Source: Azolla caroliniana (lineage: Eukaryota; Plantae; Polypodiophyta). From it: a DNA stretch of 64,000 nucleotides. The position numbers and the translations under genes are program-made. The stretch covers positions 17,236,001-17,300,000 of the forward strand of contig JBHGNT010000014.1 of the NCBI GenBank assembly GCA_043228905.1, in the 5' to 3' direction. The notes under the pieces were generated by a model, which saw only the letters and a list, made by a program, of their open reading frames with translations, made no database searches and was not told where the DNA came from. Shown here in pieces: positions 37,776-49,576 of the stretch (its first letter is position 1; each line of letters starts with the position of its first letter).

Positions 37776-40579
37776 ATGGCAAGACTCGAACCCATGACTT
37801 TATGCTACATGGGTCGAGCTCTTACCATTAGATTAGGAATTGTATTTTGTAGGATATTATTTTCATTTTTACTTTATCATAGAAAATTGATGTATATTCC
37901 AGATCTCTCTGGAACATTCTAGAAGCTTCAAGATTATTCCTAAAAACACTATAAAAGGAGGCACAAGGCATTGTTTTGAACGAAATTGGTTCAAACTGTC
38001 AGGAATAGTACTAAAACAGAGATGGAATTAGTACTAAGAACAGCAGTACTATTAGTACTAAGAGGACGGGACTCGAACCCATGACTTTATGCTACATGGG
38101 TCGAGCTCTTACCATTAGATTAGGAATTGTATTTTGTAGGATATTATTTTCATTTTTACTTTATCATAGAAAATTGATGTATATTCCAGATCTCTCTGGA
38201 ACATTCTAGAAGCTTCAAGATTATTCCTAAAAACACTATAAAAGGAGGCACAAGGCATTGTTTTTCTAGAAGCGGAGCAAACCATGCCAAGGCTGAGCCG
38301 CTAAGTAGCGTGCCTATTCCGGATGGTGACTTTATTCAATCCGCGGTAATCAACGACAAGACGAAGTGAGCCATCTTTCTTCTTGACAAAGAAGATGGGT
38401 GCACCGGCCGGAGATTTCGAATGACGGATGAACCCGCTTGCCAAGTTCTCCTCTATGTAGGCTCGAAGGACTTCTAACTCGGTGGGTGACAAGTTGTAAA
38501 TTGGTCCCCATGGTGGCTCGGTTCCTGGTTGTAAATCGATGGGACAGTCATAGGGACGGTGATGAGGAAGGGTACCGACTTTTACCTTGTCAAATACATC
38601 GGCATAAGGATGATATTTTGCCGGAAGTTGTATTGAGGAGTCCTTCTTAATAGTGCTAGAAGGATGTACTGATATGGCAAATAGGAACATTGCCTCCTTG
38701 GGTCCTTCTTCGCGTAGTTGATGGAGTGAAATGGTCGAAACTCGGTGCACTATCACGGCGTTCATATCTTGCACCTCGTCCTGGTGACGCAACATTTGAT
38801 AATCAAAAGCAAGTAATCTTGGGACCAACACGATTGCACACGACGCGGATTTTTCACACCCCGATGGATTCACGGATTACCGATGACATACGTGCAATCT
38901 TGAAGACGGATAGTTTTGCTCAAGACATCCTGGCGCACATTGATACTTCTCGGGCATCCTGTTCTCAGTCTCAACAACCAGGTATTGACTACCGACAATT
39001 CGAATATCATGATGGTTTGTTATTCTTTAAAAAGCGCGTATATGTCCCCGATTGCTCCTGTCGCCTTCAAATCGTCCAACATTGTCACGACACCCATACA
39101 GCGGGACATTTCGGTAGTACCAAGACGTTGGAGTTAGTGCAGCGATCTTTTTGGTGGCCCCACATGCGCCGTTTTGTCGACGAATACATCCGGTTTTCCA
39201 TTGTTCTCTTCTTGAACCTTATAAAGCAAACACCATTCCCGATCGTGTGACACCACCGCCGCCCCCGCTGGAGTTGGACGCCGGCCTGGAGTATGAAGTT
39301 GCTGCCATCCTCGATTCCAAACTTGTTCGCAACAAACTTTATTACTTGGTCGATTGGCTCGGTTATAGTCCGAGCGAACGTACTTGGGAACCCGTCGAGA
39401 ATGTTGCCAATGCACAAGATCTTCTTGCTGATTTCCACCGAAAGTATCCGGACAAACCCGGTCCGCAGTTAGCGCCGACTCATTCCACTCGTCGTCTTTA
39501 AGGGGGAGATAGTGTCATGGCAAGACTCGAACCCATGACTTTATGCTACATGGGTCGAGCTCTTACCATTAGATTAGGAATTGTATTTTGTAGGATATTA
39601 TTTTCATTTGCCATGTGTTGGAAGACTGTGGGTGCATTGGTTAGGCCAAACGGCATAACAGTATACTCGAAATGTCCATACCGCGTGCGAAAAGCGGTCT
39701 TCCACTCATCTCCCGGTCGGATCCGCACGAGATTATACGCTCCTCGTAGGTCGATTGGCTCGGTTATAGTCCGAGCGAACGTACTTGGGAACCCGTCGAG
39801 AATGTTGCCAATGCACAAGATCTTCTTGCTGATTTCCACCGAAAGTATCCGGACAAACCCGGTCCGCAGTTAGCGCCGACTCATTCCACTCGTCGTCTTT
39901 AAGGGGGAGATAGTGTCATGGCAAGACTCGAACCCATGACTTTATGCTACATGGGTCGAGCTCTTACCATTAGATTAGGAATTGTATTTTGTAGGATATT
40001 ATTTTCATTTTTACTTTATCATAGAAAATTGATGTATATTCCAGATCTCTCTGGAACATTCTAGAAGCTTCAAGATTATTCCTAAAAACACTATAAAAGG
40101 AGGCACAAGGCATTGTTTTGAACCAAATTGGTTCAACGCCAGTCTTAAGCCTCTTAGCCGCTTGTACTTATCTTTTCACATAATATATAGCTGCTGTCAT
40201 CATCTCTCTCATTCTCGCTATCTCTCTCTCTCTCCTCTTCTCACTACCTCTCTCGGGAATCTTACGCAGTCCCGTCCTCTTAGTACTAATAGTACTGCTG
40301 TTCTTAGTACTAATTCCATCTCTGTTTTAGTACTATTCCTGACACTCTCTCTCTCTCTCTCTTTCTATCTCCCCTTACGTTGAACCCCCTTGGGAGGGGG
40401 GTGGAGCCATTCTAGGCACCACCCCCCACCCCGCAATGCTTCTTGATGCACGTCATCTCTCTCACCATCAATCCCATAACGCTCATCATCCTCATCAAAC
40501 ACACCATCTCCATCACCAATCATCATTATCATAATCATACTATCGTAATCCTCTACCCTAACCCTAAAACCCATTAACA
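35308..40579 (+). mobile_element. Non-coding LTR-type insertion flanked by 5-bp TSD tccct, hosting the scrambled chromovirus
   Basis: tgtt...aaca termini; tccct at 35303-35307 and 40580-40584; splits a 114-bp repeat unit. Confidence 0.75.
37772..40344 (+). mobile_element. Rearranged Tcn1-like chromovirus (LTR pieces; gag, RT, INT-N and chromodomain fragments on both strands; full LTR 39914-40344)
   Basis: tgtca...tgaca termini inside (CT)n; PPT agggggagatag twice; chromodomain [28 protein letters not shown]; RT motifs on the minus strand. Confidence 0.9.
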
Positions 40580-40639
40580 TCCCTAAACCCGCAGTCTAAT
40601 TTATGAACCTAATCAACAAATGTACTCAAATTCAGTAGT

Positions 40640-41920
40640 ACACCGGAATTTACCTACATTAGAAGAGTTCAGATTCAGGCAAGTTGTTTAATGACAGCCA
40701 CAAGCCGAATGACAGCCACAAGCCGAAGGGGTCTCGACAATTTCAACATGATTCCAGGGATAGGGATAATTTTGAACCTTGGGATGCTCGTCGACCTCAA
40801 TATGAACCAGTCGAAGTAAAGGAAAACAATCAGAGTGGGAGGTGCAGGAAGAAGTACAGAAGGCGGCTAAGGAATGGGTCCAAGAAGCCAACAACAAGAA
40901 TGTCGCCAGAATGTTGCAAGACAATGATGCATCATTCGACCCTCAACCAGACAGCCAATCGGCACCCAAAACGACACTAGAAGATGAAGAAACATGGAAA
41001 ATCTTGGTAGGTTGCCAAGTGTCATTACCCTTGGTAGGATTATTAAAACTAGTGCCCAGATTCACGGAAAAAGTCACAACTATTATTGTGCAGAATGAGG
41101 CCGAAAAAGTGTTGGTTAATTACATCAATTCGATCACCGGGCTTATTGTAATGGATGAACATAGTCCATCAATAAAAGAGGTAATTCAGGGTCAGGAAGT
41201 CACCGACACTATTGTCGACGGCGGATCAGGGGTAAATGTGATTAATAAGATCACTTGTGATCAGCTCGGAATTACTAAATGGGGCACATGTCCTTTCCAG
41301 TTAAGAATGGCCGACACAAGTACAATCCGGCCACTGGGTCTAATTCGCCAATTGGATGTCATTGTGGGAGCTCACACTATCCAGATCTCGGTTGTAGTGC
41401 TTCATTTGGAAGCACTTGGTGCATATCCATTATTATTAGGCCAACCTTCGCTAAAGACAACAAATAATAAACAGAATTGAAACAAGAACATCTTAACATT
41501 CCGGAAGGGTAAGAGTAAATTCTGGGTGTCAACACAAGAAAAGATCAATACGAGTCGGTAGTGTTTACCAGTTCATGCCGAAGTTGTGACCATGATGGAA
41601 GGATTGGATGAAGCCGAAAAAGATCAATATTTTGAAGACAATCCAAAGATTATTCCACTATTCGAAGTCGACATCATACAGGCGCTTACATCATATATGG
41701 GTGAGAAAGATAAAGAAGAAGAAATTCATGTTGATGACAAAACATTGAAGAAGTTACGACTTCAACAAAAAGCTATAGAAAGGGAGATGTAGGAGTCCCA
41801 AACAGTGTTGGGCAAAGTTTATAAGCAGCCCTCCAAGAAATTTTCCTGCTTCTTATGATCCTAACCGGAAATTTAAAAATTAGACCGGCCACTTTCCTAC
41901 TAGTGATAATGTAAACCGGA
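40640..41920 (+). pseudogene. Decayed gag/protease region of a non-chromovirus Ty3/gypsy element
   Basis: TIVDGGSGVNVI..LRMADTSTIRPLG..YPLLLGQP aspartic protease. Confidence 0.82.
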
Positions 41921-43043
41921 AATGCTAAAAAAAAAAATTTGCACATACCAAAAAAATTTAGCACAAGATGAGATAGCAACATAGATAGAGGATATTATAT
42001 GAAGCAAATTTACAAGCATAAATGGGCATTTCTCTATGAACACGCCACCATGGATCGACTCACTTAAGGATATGCAACTTTGGCTATCCTTGAACTTTGG
42101 CATTGTTCCTCCCCTACCCTTATGTATGATACACCATATGGGCTTTAAGACACCCTATGTACATATGGATATAGAGAGTCCACATCATTATAGTCCTAGA
42201 TAATATATATCAAAGTATCCACTCCACATGACATCATTTGAGTTCAATGAACAAAGCCCTCCCCCCGTGATAATAGAAGTATTGTTCCATGATTCTAAAA
42301 CAATCACCGATACTATTAAACCCATTAGTGAGTTGTAACATATGGGCATAGTGGCATAGTCCAAAGTTGGACTATGCCACTATGCCACAAAGCTTTCAAA
42401 CAAGGGTAAGAGTTTATCGTAAGAATCATGTCCTCACTATGCCACTATGTCCATCAGTCTGCGAATACAATGTCCAAAACATGTCAATCATAATCACCGA
42501 TTATGTCCAAAACATGTATCAAATTCAAAATGTCATCCAATAATGTTACCGCTATCACATTCACCAAAGATGTCTTTCCAACGTTTTTTAAACCAATCAA
42601 GGAAAGTTCCATTTCTTGCTTGAAGAAAAAGCTACAATTATCCAATAAAAACCTCTCTCTCTCTTTCTCTTAGTAAATGCTACCATGACTATTAACAAAC
42701 ATATAGAAAGAGATTTTGAGAGCAAAATCAAAATTGAGTCTATACCAAAGGCTCATGAAGGGAATTACACCAAGAACATAAAAACACGTCAGAAAAAGCC
42801 ATATCCTAAAGCTCAACAACCTCGGATGAACTATGGAGGCTAATTACCATTTGATGCACTCAGAGCTCAAACCTGTCCAAAAATTTTGTCCAAAACCCAA
42901 CTTTCCCAACGTCACAGCTGGTGGCATAGTCATAGCCACTTTGTATAATTCATAGCCACTTCCCCCTAAGCCAGACACTAAGAAGGCCGCTTGCTGAGTG
43001 GAGGAAAGAGACGTTACTTCTCTCTCTCTCTCTCTCTCTCTCT

Positions 43044-46000
43044 AGTAACGGCTCTTTCTGTCATTGATGCCGCCGTCAGCTATCGTCGCCTGCTGCCGCA
43101 GCCATTGTTGTTGTTGTTGTTGCCGTCGCCGTTGTCATCCCCGTTGTTGTGTGTAGTCGTTGGCATTGTCGTCGTTGTCCGTCCCCACTATCACCTACAC
43201 TTCTGATGACGTAATCCGTTGAAGCATACATGTCCTTCTACACTCGAACCTAGCACGCAAGGCATCGATGCTCGGCTAAGTTTTTTCTATCCTCTTTGAC
43301 TTTTCTTTCTTTTATCTTTTGATTTACAACATGACTTCTAGACGAAACCATAAGGCAACACACGAAGAAATTATAAGTACGGAAGAATTTTTAGATGTCC
43401 TTAACCGTTTAGTTAAACTAGAAAAATGGGCAAAAGAGATTGAAGCTGAAAAACAAAAAGATAAGGAAGAAAAAGAAGTGCTTATTGATGAAATAACGAA
43501 ACTTAAAGTAGACAACACGAACCTTCAGAAACAAGTTAAGGATCTTGAGACATCTAGGGAAGATGGTGAAATATCTTCTCGACATGTTCAAGCCCATCTC
43601 TCCTCTATTGATTCTTCCTTGCCTTTAGAGAACCTCACTACAAAACTCGCACACACCCTTCACTCGGCAACAATTAGTAGATTCCCATGCACGAAACACT
43701 CCAATCATAGTAGAATAGGGTCTATGCCACAGAACAAGTGCTATGACGAGGATTGTAGAGAGTTGTATAGACAACTTAAAGTGTCGCGACTTAGTGGTCA
43801 GTACAGGCTCGAAAAGAGATGCGCAAGATGACACGTTGTAAAAGATGAGCTTGGGAAGCATCCCAATATTGGGAACTCTACCATATGCTCATGAGTAGGG
43901 ATTGCGCCCTTGCATGGAAGAGACTATGGGAACCGCGACCACAAACACCCATCAAGGATCCCAATATTTGGCACACATATAACGAGAGACTCTACCATGT
44001 CCCGAACCAACCACCCATCCCAATGCCTTCCACACCCCGACCTAACATGGGGACACTTTTCATGACATCTAGGGTCATGAAGGTCATAAAAAAATTACAA
44101 CATAGCAAATCCATGGACCACACAGGATTGCGAGTCGAGCACATCATATATGCTCGAGAGTGCCTAGCCCCCTTTCTCACTCTAATCTTCAACCGTGCCC
44201 TCGCCGAGGGTTTTCCACCACAATGGACCATGAACATAGTGGCCCCTATACATAAAGGAGAGGACCCAATGGACCCAAATACATATAGGACCATTATGAT
44301 AGTCCATACGCTCGCTAAACTATATGGTGCGGTAATGGAAGCAGAGCTTAGCGATTATATGGAAACCTTAAGTCTTCGAGCATCTGAGCAGGCTGGCTTT
44401 AGACGAGCCTTCTCCACTATTGACCATATCTTCACACTTAGGTCCTTAATTGACCAGACAAAGGCTAGTAAGAAGAAATTATATTGTTGCTTTGTGGACT
44501 TCCGCAAAGTCTTTGACACAGTTCCTAGGGAGAAGTTGTTTGATAGACTTAAGAACTTGGAGATACCAAATGACATGATCTAGGCCATTTATACCCTATA
44601 TGAGCAAGTCTCTGGGTGCGTAAGATGCCTAGGTGGCCTATCTGATTGTTTCACTAGCACCATTGGTGTAAAACAGGGTTGCCCCCTATCACCGACTCTT
44701 TTTGGGATCTACATTGATGAGATCACTGATTTTATTGCTTGTAAGGGAGGCAAAGGAGTAGCTATTGGGGATATGCAAGTTAGTCTCTTACTCTACGCAG
44801 ACGACATTGTCTTGCTCTCAGAGTCAGAACACGACCTACAAAAGCATCTTAATGCCCTAGATGACTTTTGTACACAACGAGGACTAGTAGTGAATCTAGC
44901 GAAAACTAAAGTCCTTATCTTTCATACATTGTCCCGAGTTAGGAGTAAATGTCACCTAATCCTCTCTCATAAACTAGTTGGATCATATGTATACTTGGGA
45001 GTCACTTTTAGTGCTCGCTCAGGTAAATTCTCGATGACCAAGGCAGCCAAAGATAGGCTTACGAGAGGGTATGAATCCCTCTCACTCTTAGAGAGACAAT
45101 ACCACCAGGCATACTTTCAAGAGCCACGGACTAAGGGATGGCTCTTCGACTCATTAGTGACCCCTTCCCTCATGTATACATCAGTAGTATGGGCTCCAGG
45201 TCTACCATCTTTCAAGTGGACGCAATTAGAGAGACCTTTGGTGACGATGTTATCACATCAACTCCGAAGCAAATCGACAGTACCACATGACATTATTAGA
45301 GTAGAGTTCAGTCTGCCCCAGATGTTAGTAGAAGCACTATTTCAAGTGGTAGTTTTTATTCATAGGATACATAGCCAACCACAAGATAGGATATCCCGTC
45401 CAGCCTTTGAGGCATCTCGATCCCTACATGCGTCTAGAGACACTAGCTCTTGGTATAGCACTTTAGTGAGTTGGTTACTTGCAAACGGCATAGACATTAA
45501 TAACTTACCCCACCTTAAGTACAACCGTGGGACTGACCAAACTCTAATATCTCATGAAGACCGTAATAAAGTGATGCGCCAAGAAATATGGCAAATTTAC
45601 ACTCGATATAAATGGATCACCCCACAAGAGCCACTCCAAACTAAAATGTTGTACTATAAGGAACACTTCTTGCACTTCTCTCAGTTAGGTTTTATTACAC
45701 GACCAAGATATCTAGATACATTCTTATCAAATGCACTAAGGGTTGCCATTGGAAAACTTAGGATATCAACTCACCAACTTGAGATTGAGAATGGTCGGGC
45801 CAATAGAATCCCTAGGGAGGAAAGGCTATGTAGGTTGTGCCACATAGAGATAGAGGATGAGTATCACTTCACATGCAAGTGCCCAACTTATGCCGAGATA
45901 CGAGTGGAATACCAAGACATATTAGGACCCTCTCCCACCCTCTCCAAACTGTTAGATACCCTGGATGTAAAGAGATTAGGTAGGTATTTCTTAGAGCTAA

Positions 46001-46541
46001 AACAACATAGGGAGAATAAATTACAAAGTGTTAACCATAACCCTTTTACTATTCATCAACTTGTAACTAGTGTAATTTTTCAGGAATAAGGGGAGACGAT
46101 GCATGTGGATACACTTACGCCGCTCGGCCTCTCTCTTGAGGAAGCCAAAACGCAAAGAACAACCAAACTTCGTCGAATGTTGGGCTTCAAAACAAGTCGA
46201 CACGGAGTAGAAAGTATTAAGAAGATAAATGAACGTGAGCTACGTCGACTAGAAGCTATGTTTGGGGTACCTTTTACATTGGGGCCACGGGCCACACCCA
46301 TATCGAAACCCTTTGACCTCCCGCTTCTCTTCGAGAGACTTGGATGGAAAGGAAATTAGGCCTAGTATAACATCATTTTCATTGTAGAACATGTTTGTTA
46401 TATTATTTTACTAGAACTATTTAGCTTAAAACTCTATTTTTATTTTTATTTTTTACTTTCGATGAATGGGTAAATATCCCATTTTTTGTTGTAAACCATT
46501 TGCCTCATGGGCCAATTTTGGCCTTAGAAGACGTTAATATA

Positions 46542-46545
<4 letters not shown>
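43044..46545 (+). mobile_element. LINE copy 3 with an internal deletion (ORF1 C-terminus and APE missing), flanked by (CT)n on both sides
   Basis: ORFs 43319-43831, 43885-44583 and 44773-46089 (LLYADD; CRLC..EDEYHFTCKC); 3' end gacgttaatatatctttc shared with copy 1. Confidence 0.93.
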
Positions 46546-46593
<48 letters not shown>

Positions 46594-46667
46594 ATTCCTA
46601 CATTAACATATTTTGCAAACTATGAGATGGACGATACTTTTGGTAAGTGGAGAGTAGTAGTAGTAAC

Positions 46668-46710
<43 letters not shown>

Positions 46711-46714
<4 letters not shown>

Positions 46715-49059
46715 CGAAGATATTTACATCAATGGAGACCTATTTCTTTGATGGGGGGGTTGTACAAGATATTTACGAAGGTCTTGGCAAATAGATTACA
46801 AAAGTATTTGCCAAAGTTGATACACCCCACCCAATATGGTTTTATTGCAGGTAGAAATATATTGCATAATGTGTTGAATGTTCAAATGGTCATGGATTAT
46901 GCTCGGAACACTCATCAAGAATTGATTATGGTGCAATTAGATTTGGAGAAAGCTTATGATCATGTTAATTGGTCTTTTGTTTCTGGGTTAATGCATACAA
47001 TGGGCTTTGGACCTCGTATGTCTCGCCTCATATTTTTATTAGGACAAGATGCAGTGTCTCGAGTAATGCTTAATGGGGGAGTTACATCGGATATTGCCCT
47101 CACAAGATCCGTTCGTCAAGGATGCCCTCTTAGCCCATTGTTGTTTGCTATTGTTTCTCATCCTTTGTTAGTGATGCTATCAAGACTTGCAATAAATGGT
47201 GACATTGTGGGTTTACACCTTCCGTCCGGAGGGCAAATAGTAGCACAAGCTTTGGCGGATGATTCTTTCATGTTTTTACAAGCCTCACGGGAGAATCTTG
47301 AGAAGGGGATGCTTGTATGGAATTAGTTTGCATTGGCTTCCGGATTACATATTAATTGGAGGAAGTATAGTCTCATATCATGCACTGAAAGGGATTTGGA
47401 ATGTTTAGGATGGCAAGGATCCGTGGTGAAGAAAGGCTCTATTTTTCGACACTTGGGCTATCCATTACAAATGGTCAATTGATTGAATGGATGTCTAGTA
47501 AGTTGAGGGATAAGTTCATGTATTAGAAGTCACAATCTTGGCCATTTCATGTTCGTTTGAGGTTGTACAATGTATTATGGAACCCATGATATTATATTAC
47601 TTGCCATTATTGCCATGGACAAAGAAGGCGTTGAATTCTATTTTGCAACCTCTTCGATATTTGTTGTGGAAGAAGAGGGATAAGATGGGAATCACATGGA
47701 TTGCTTGGATTCATCTAGCAACCCCTAAGCGATTGGGGGGGGTTGGAATATTGAACTTATCTATGCATATGATGGCTCGTAGATTTTCACTATTACAAGA
47801 CATGTGTTCAAACTCACAACCATGGATATCTATTGTTCGATATTTCATTGAGAACAAGGGTTTAACACATGGGAGGACAACGATTAACGCTTCATGGTGG
47901 CAATTACTGAATGGATGTATTTCACTTAGGATTCCGGATTCTTCATGTGTTCAACACTTAGTTACCTCATGGCAAGAAGCACTCTTGTTATGTGTATGGA
48001 AACCATCATCTAGTAGAGAGCATTGTAACTCTTTGCAAAAAGAGTTACTTGTGTCTTCTCGGTTATTATGTTGGCCAAGAAAGGAGAGATTGCGTTCTCA
48101 ATTTAATCGTTTGTTTCGTTTGGGGGTCAAAGAGGTGGGAGATATAGTTGAGGTTCCATCTCAAAAAAATTTGGAGTTTACTGAAGCACGACAATTATTA
48201 CGCATCCCGCCTAATTATGGGTTTATTTGGCAACAACTACAGAATATTGCATTGATGCAAGGTCCCTTACCTCTACAAACAAGAGAACAACCGTGGATTG
48301 ATTGGATTTTAAGGGGTCAAACACCATTGTTACAAGTGACTACTAATCTTTTGTATCATTGTTCCGTTGAGTCTCTTGGATGGTTATCATCTAAGGCTAA
48401 AGCAGAATGGAAAATACACAAATCTGATCATGGGTGTTGGCAGATCTTACAACGTAGTTGGCATTCTAAATTGCCACTTGTTGCAAAGGTATTCATTTGG
48501 AGAGTTTTGATCGGAGGATTGCCTTTGGGATTAGCTTTAAAGCGTCGTGGACTAGCAACGGGTACCTGCTTCTTTTGCACAGTTCAGATAGAAGATAGTA
48601 CTCATCGATTTATACAATGTCCAATTGCTTGTCAAATTTGGAGTTACATTTCTCAAATTTGGCAAGTTTTTTCACAGAGTTATTTGACACCTAGACAATG
48701 GGTGTTTGCACAATTTACACAAGCTGACCCAAAATCAGGATGGAGATTGTTTTCCTATTTCTGAGATATTGGGGATTGCGTCATAATTGGAACATGCGCA
48801 ACACTTTTGTATTCGATGGTAGACATGGAGTGAAAGCATATCTACGAAAGTTGAAGGGAGTACTAATGTGGCAATTTTCTTTATTGGAACAAGTGGAAAT
48901 TCTTTCCTCGGTGGAGTGTTCGTCTTGTCTATTGGCAATTCAACATGTTCCACTACCCATGTAGTGTAGTGTGGTTAGTGTGTGACCATACTCCATTGTC
49001 ACACGTATTGTAAGTAGTGTTTTTCACACACATTTATTAATATAATTGTGTGTTTTCAC

Positions 49060-49063
<4 letters not shown>
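46711..49063 (+). mobile_element. 5'-truncated L1-clade LINE (RT + zf-RVT) inserted in a (GA)n tract
   Basis: WRPISL..YKIFTKVLANRL..QYGF..DLEKAYD..RQGCPLSPLLF..LADD; KVFIWR..CFFC..EDSTHRFIQC. Confidence 0.92.
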
Positions 49064-49121
<58 letters not shown>

Positions 49122-49576
49122 CCTTAGAGGAGTAGCGAGTTGTAGATGTTGTGCAAGATACAAGAGTTGTAGATGACAGGAGCAGTTATTGTCTCTTCAT
49201 CCACCTCACCCTTCTCTTCCTCTTCCTCTTCCTCCACTTCATATTCCTCTTCCTCTGATCCGTATGATGCCCGCATCGAGCTTCATATTCTTCTTCATGC
49301 AATGTCTGTAAGAGCTTCACAGTGCACACGCAAAGCAAGGGAAAGAGGGAAAAAAGAGGGGCAAACATAAAAAAAAATCACTTTTATTTATATTTTTAGA
49401 AAACTATATAAATAGCCAATTCAAAAAATATGAACCGGCTAGATTCCGGTGGTACGAAAAACTGGCCGGAATCGATTTTGGTTGTCCCCAACCTTGGCCA
49501 GCAAAAGTCCCAACCTAACCAGAACGTTAACACTATTCCTAGGACTTTGCCCAACATTGGTCCCAAAGAGTTCAAG

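Noticed and set aside
49120-49290. Possible acidic first exon on the minus strand with a GT donor next to (CT)n
   Set aside because: It needs a frameshift and has no recognisable downstream exons or homology, so it cannot be supported.
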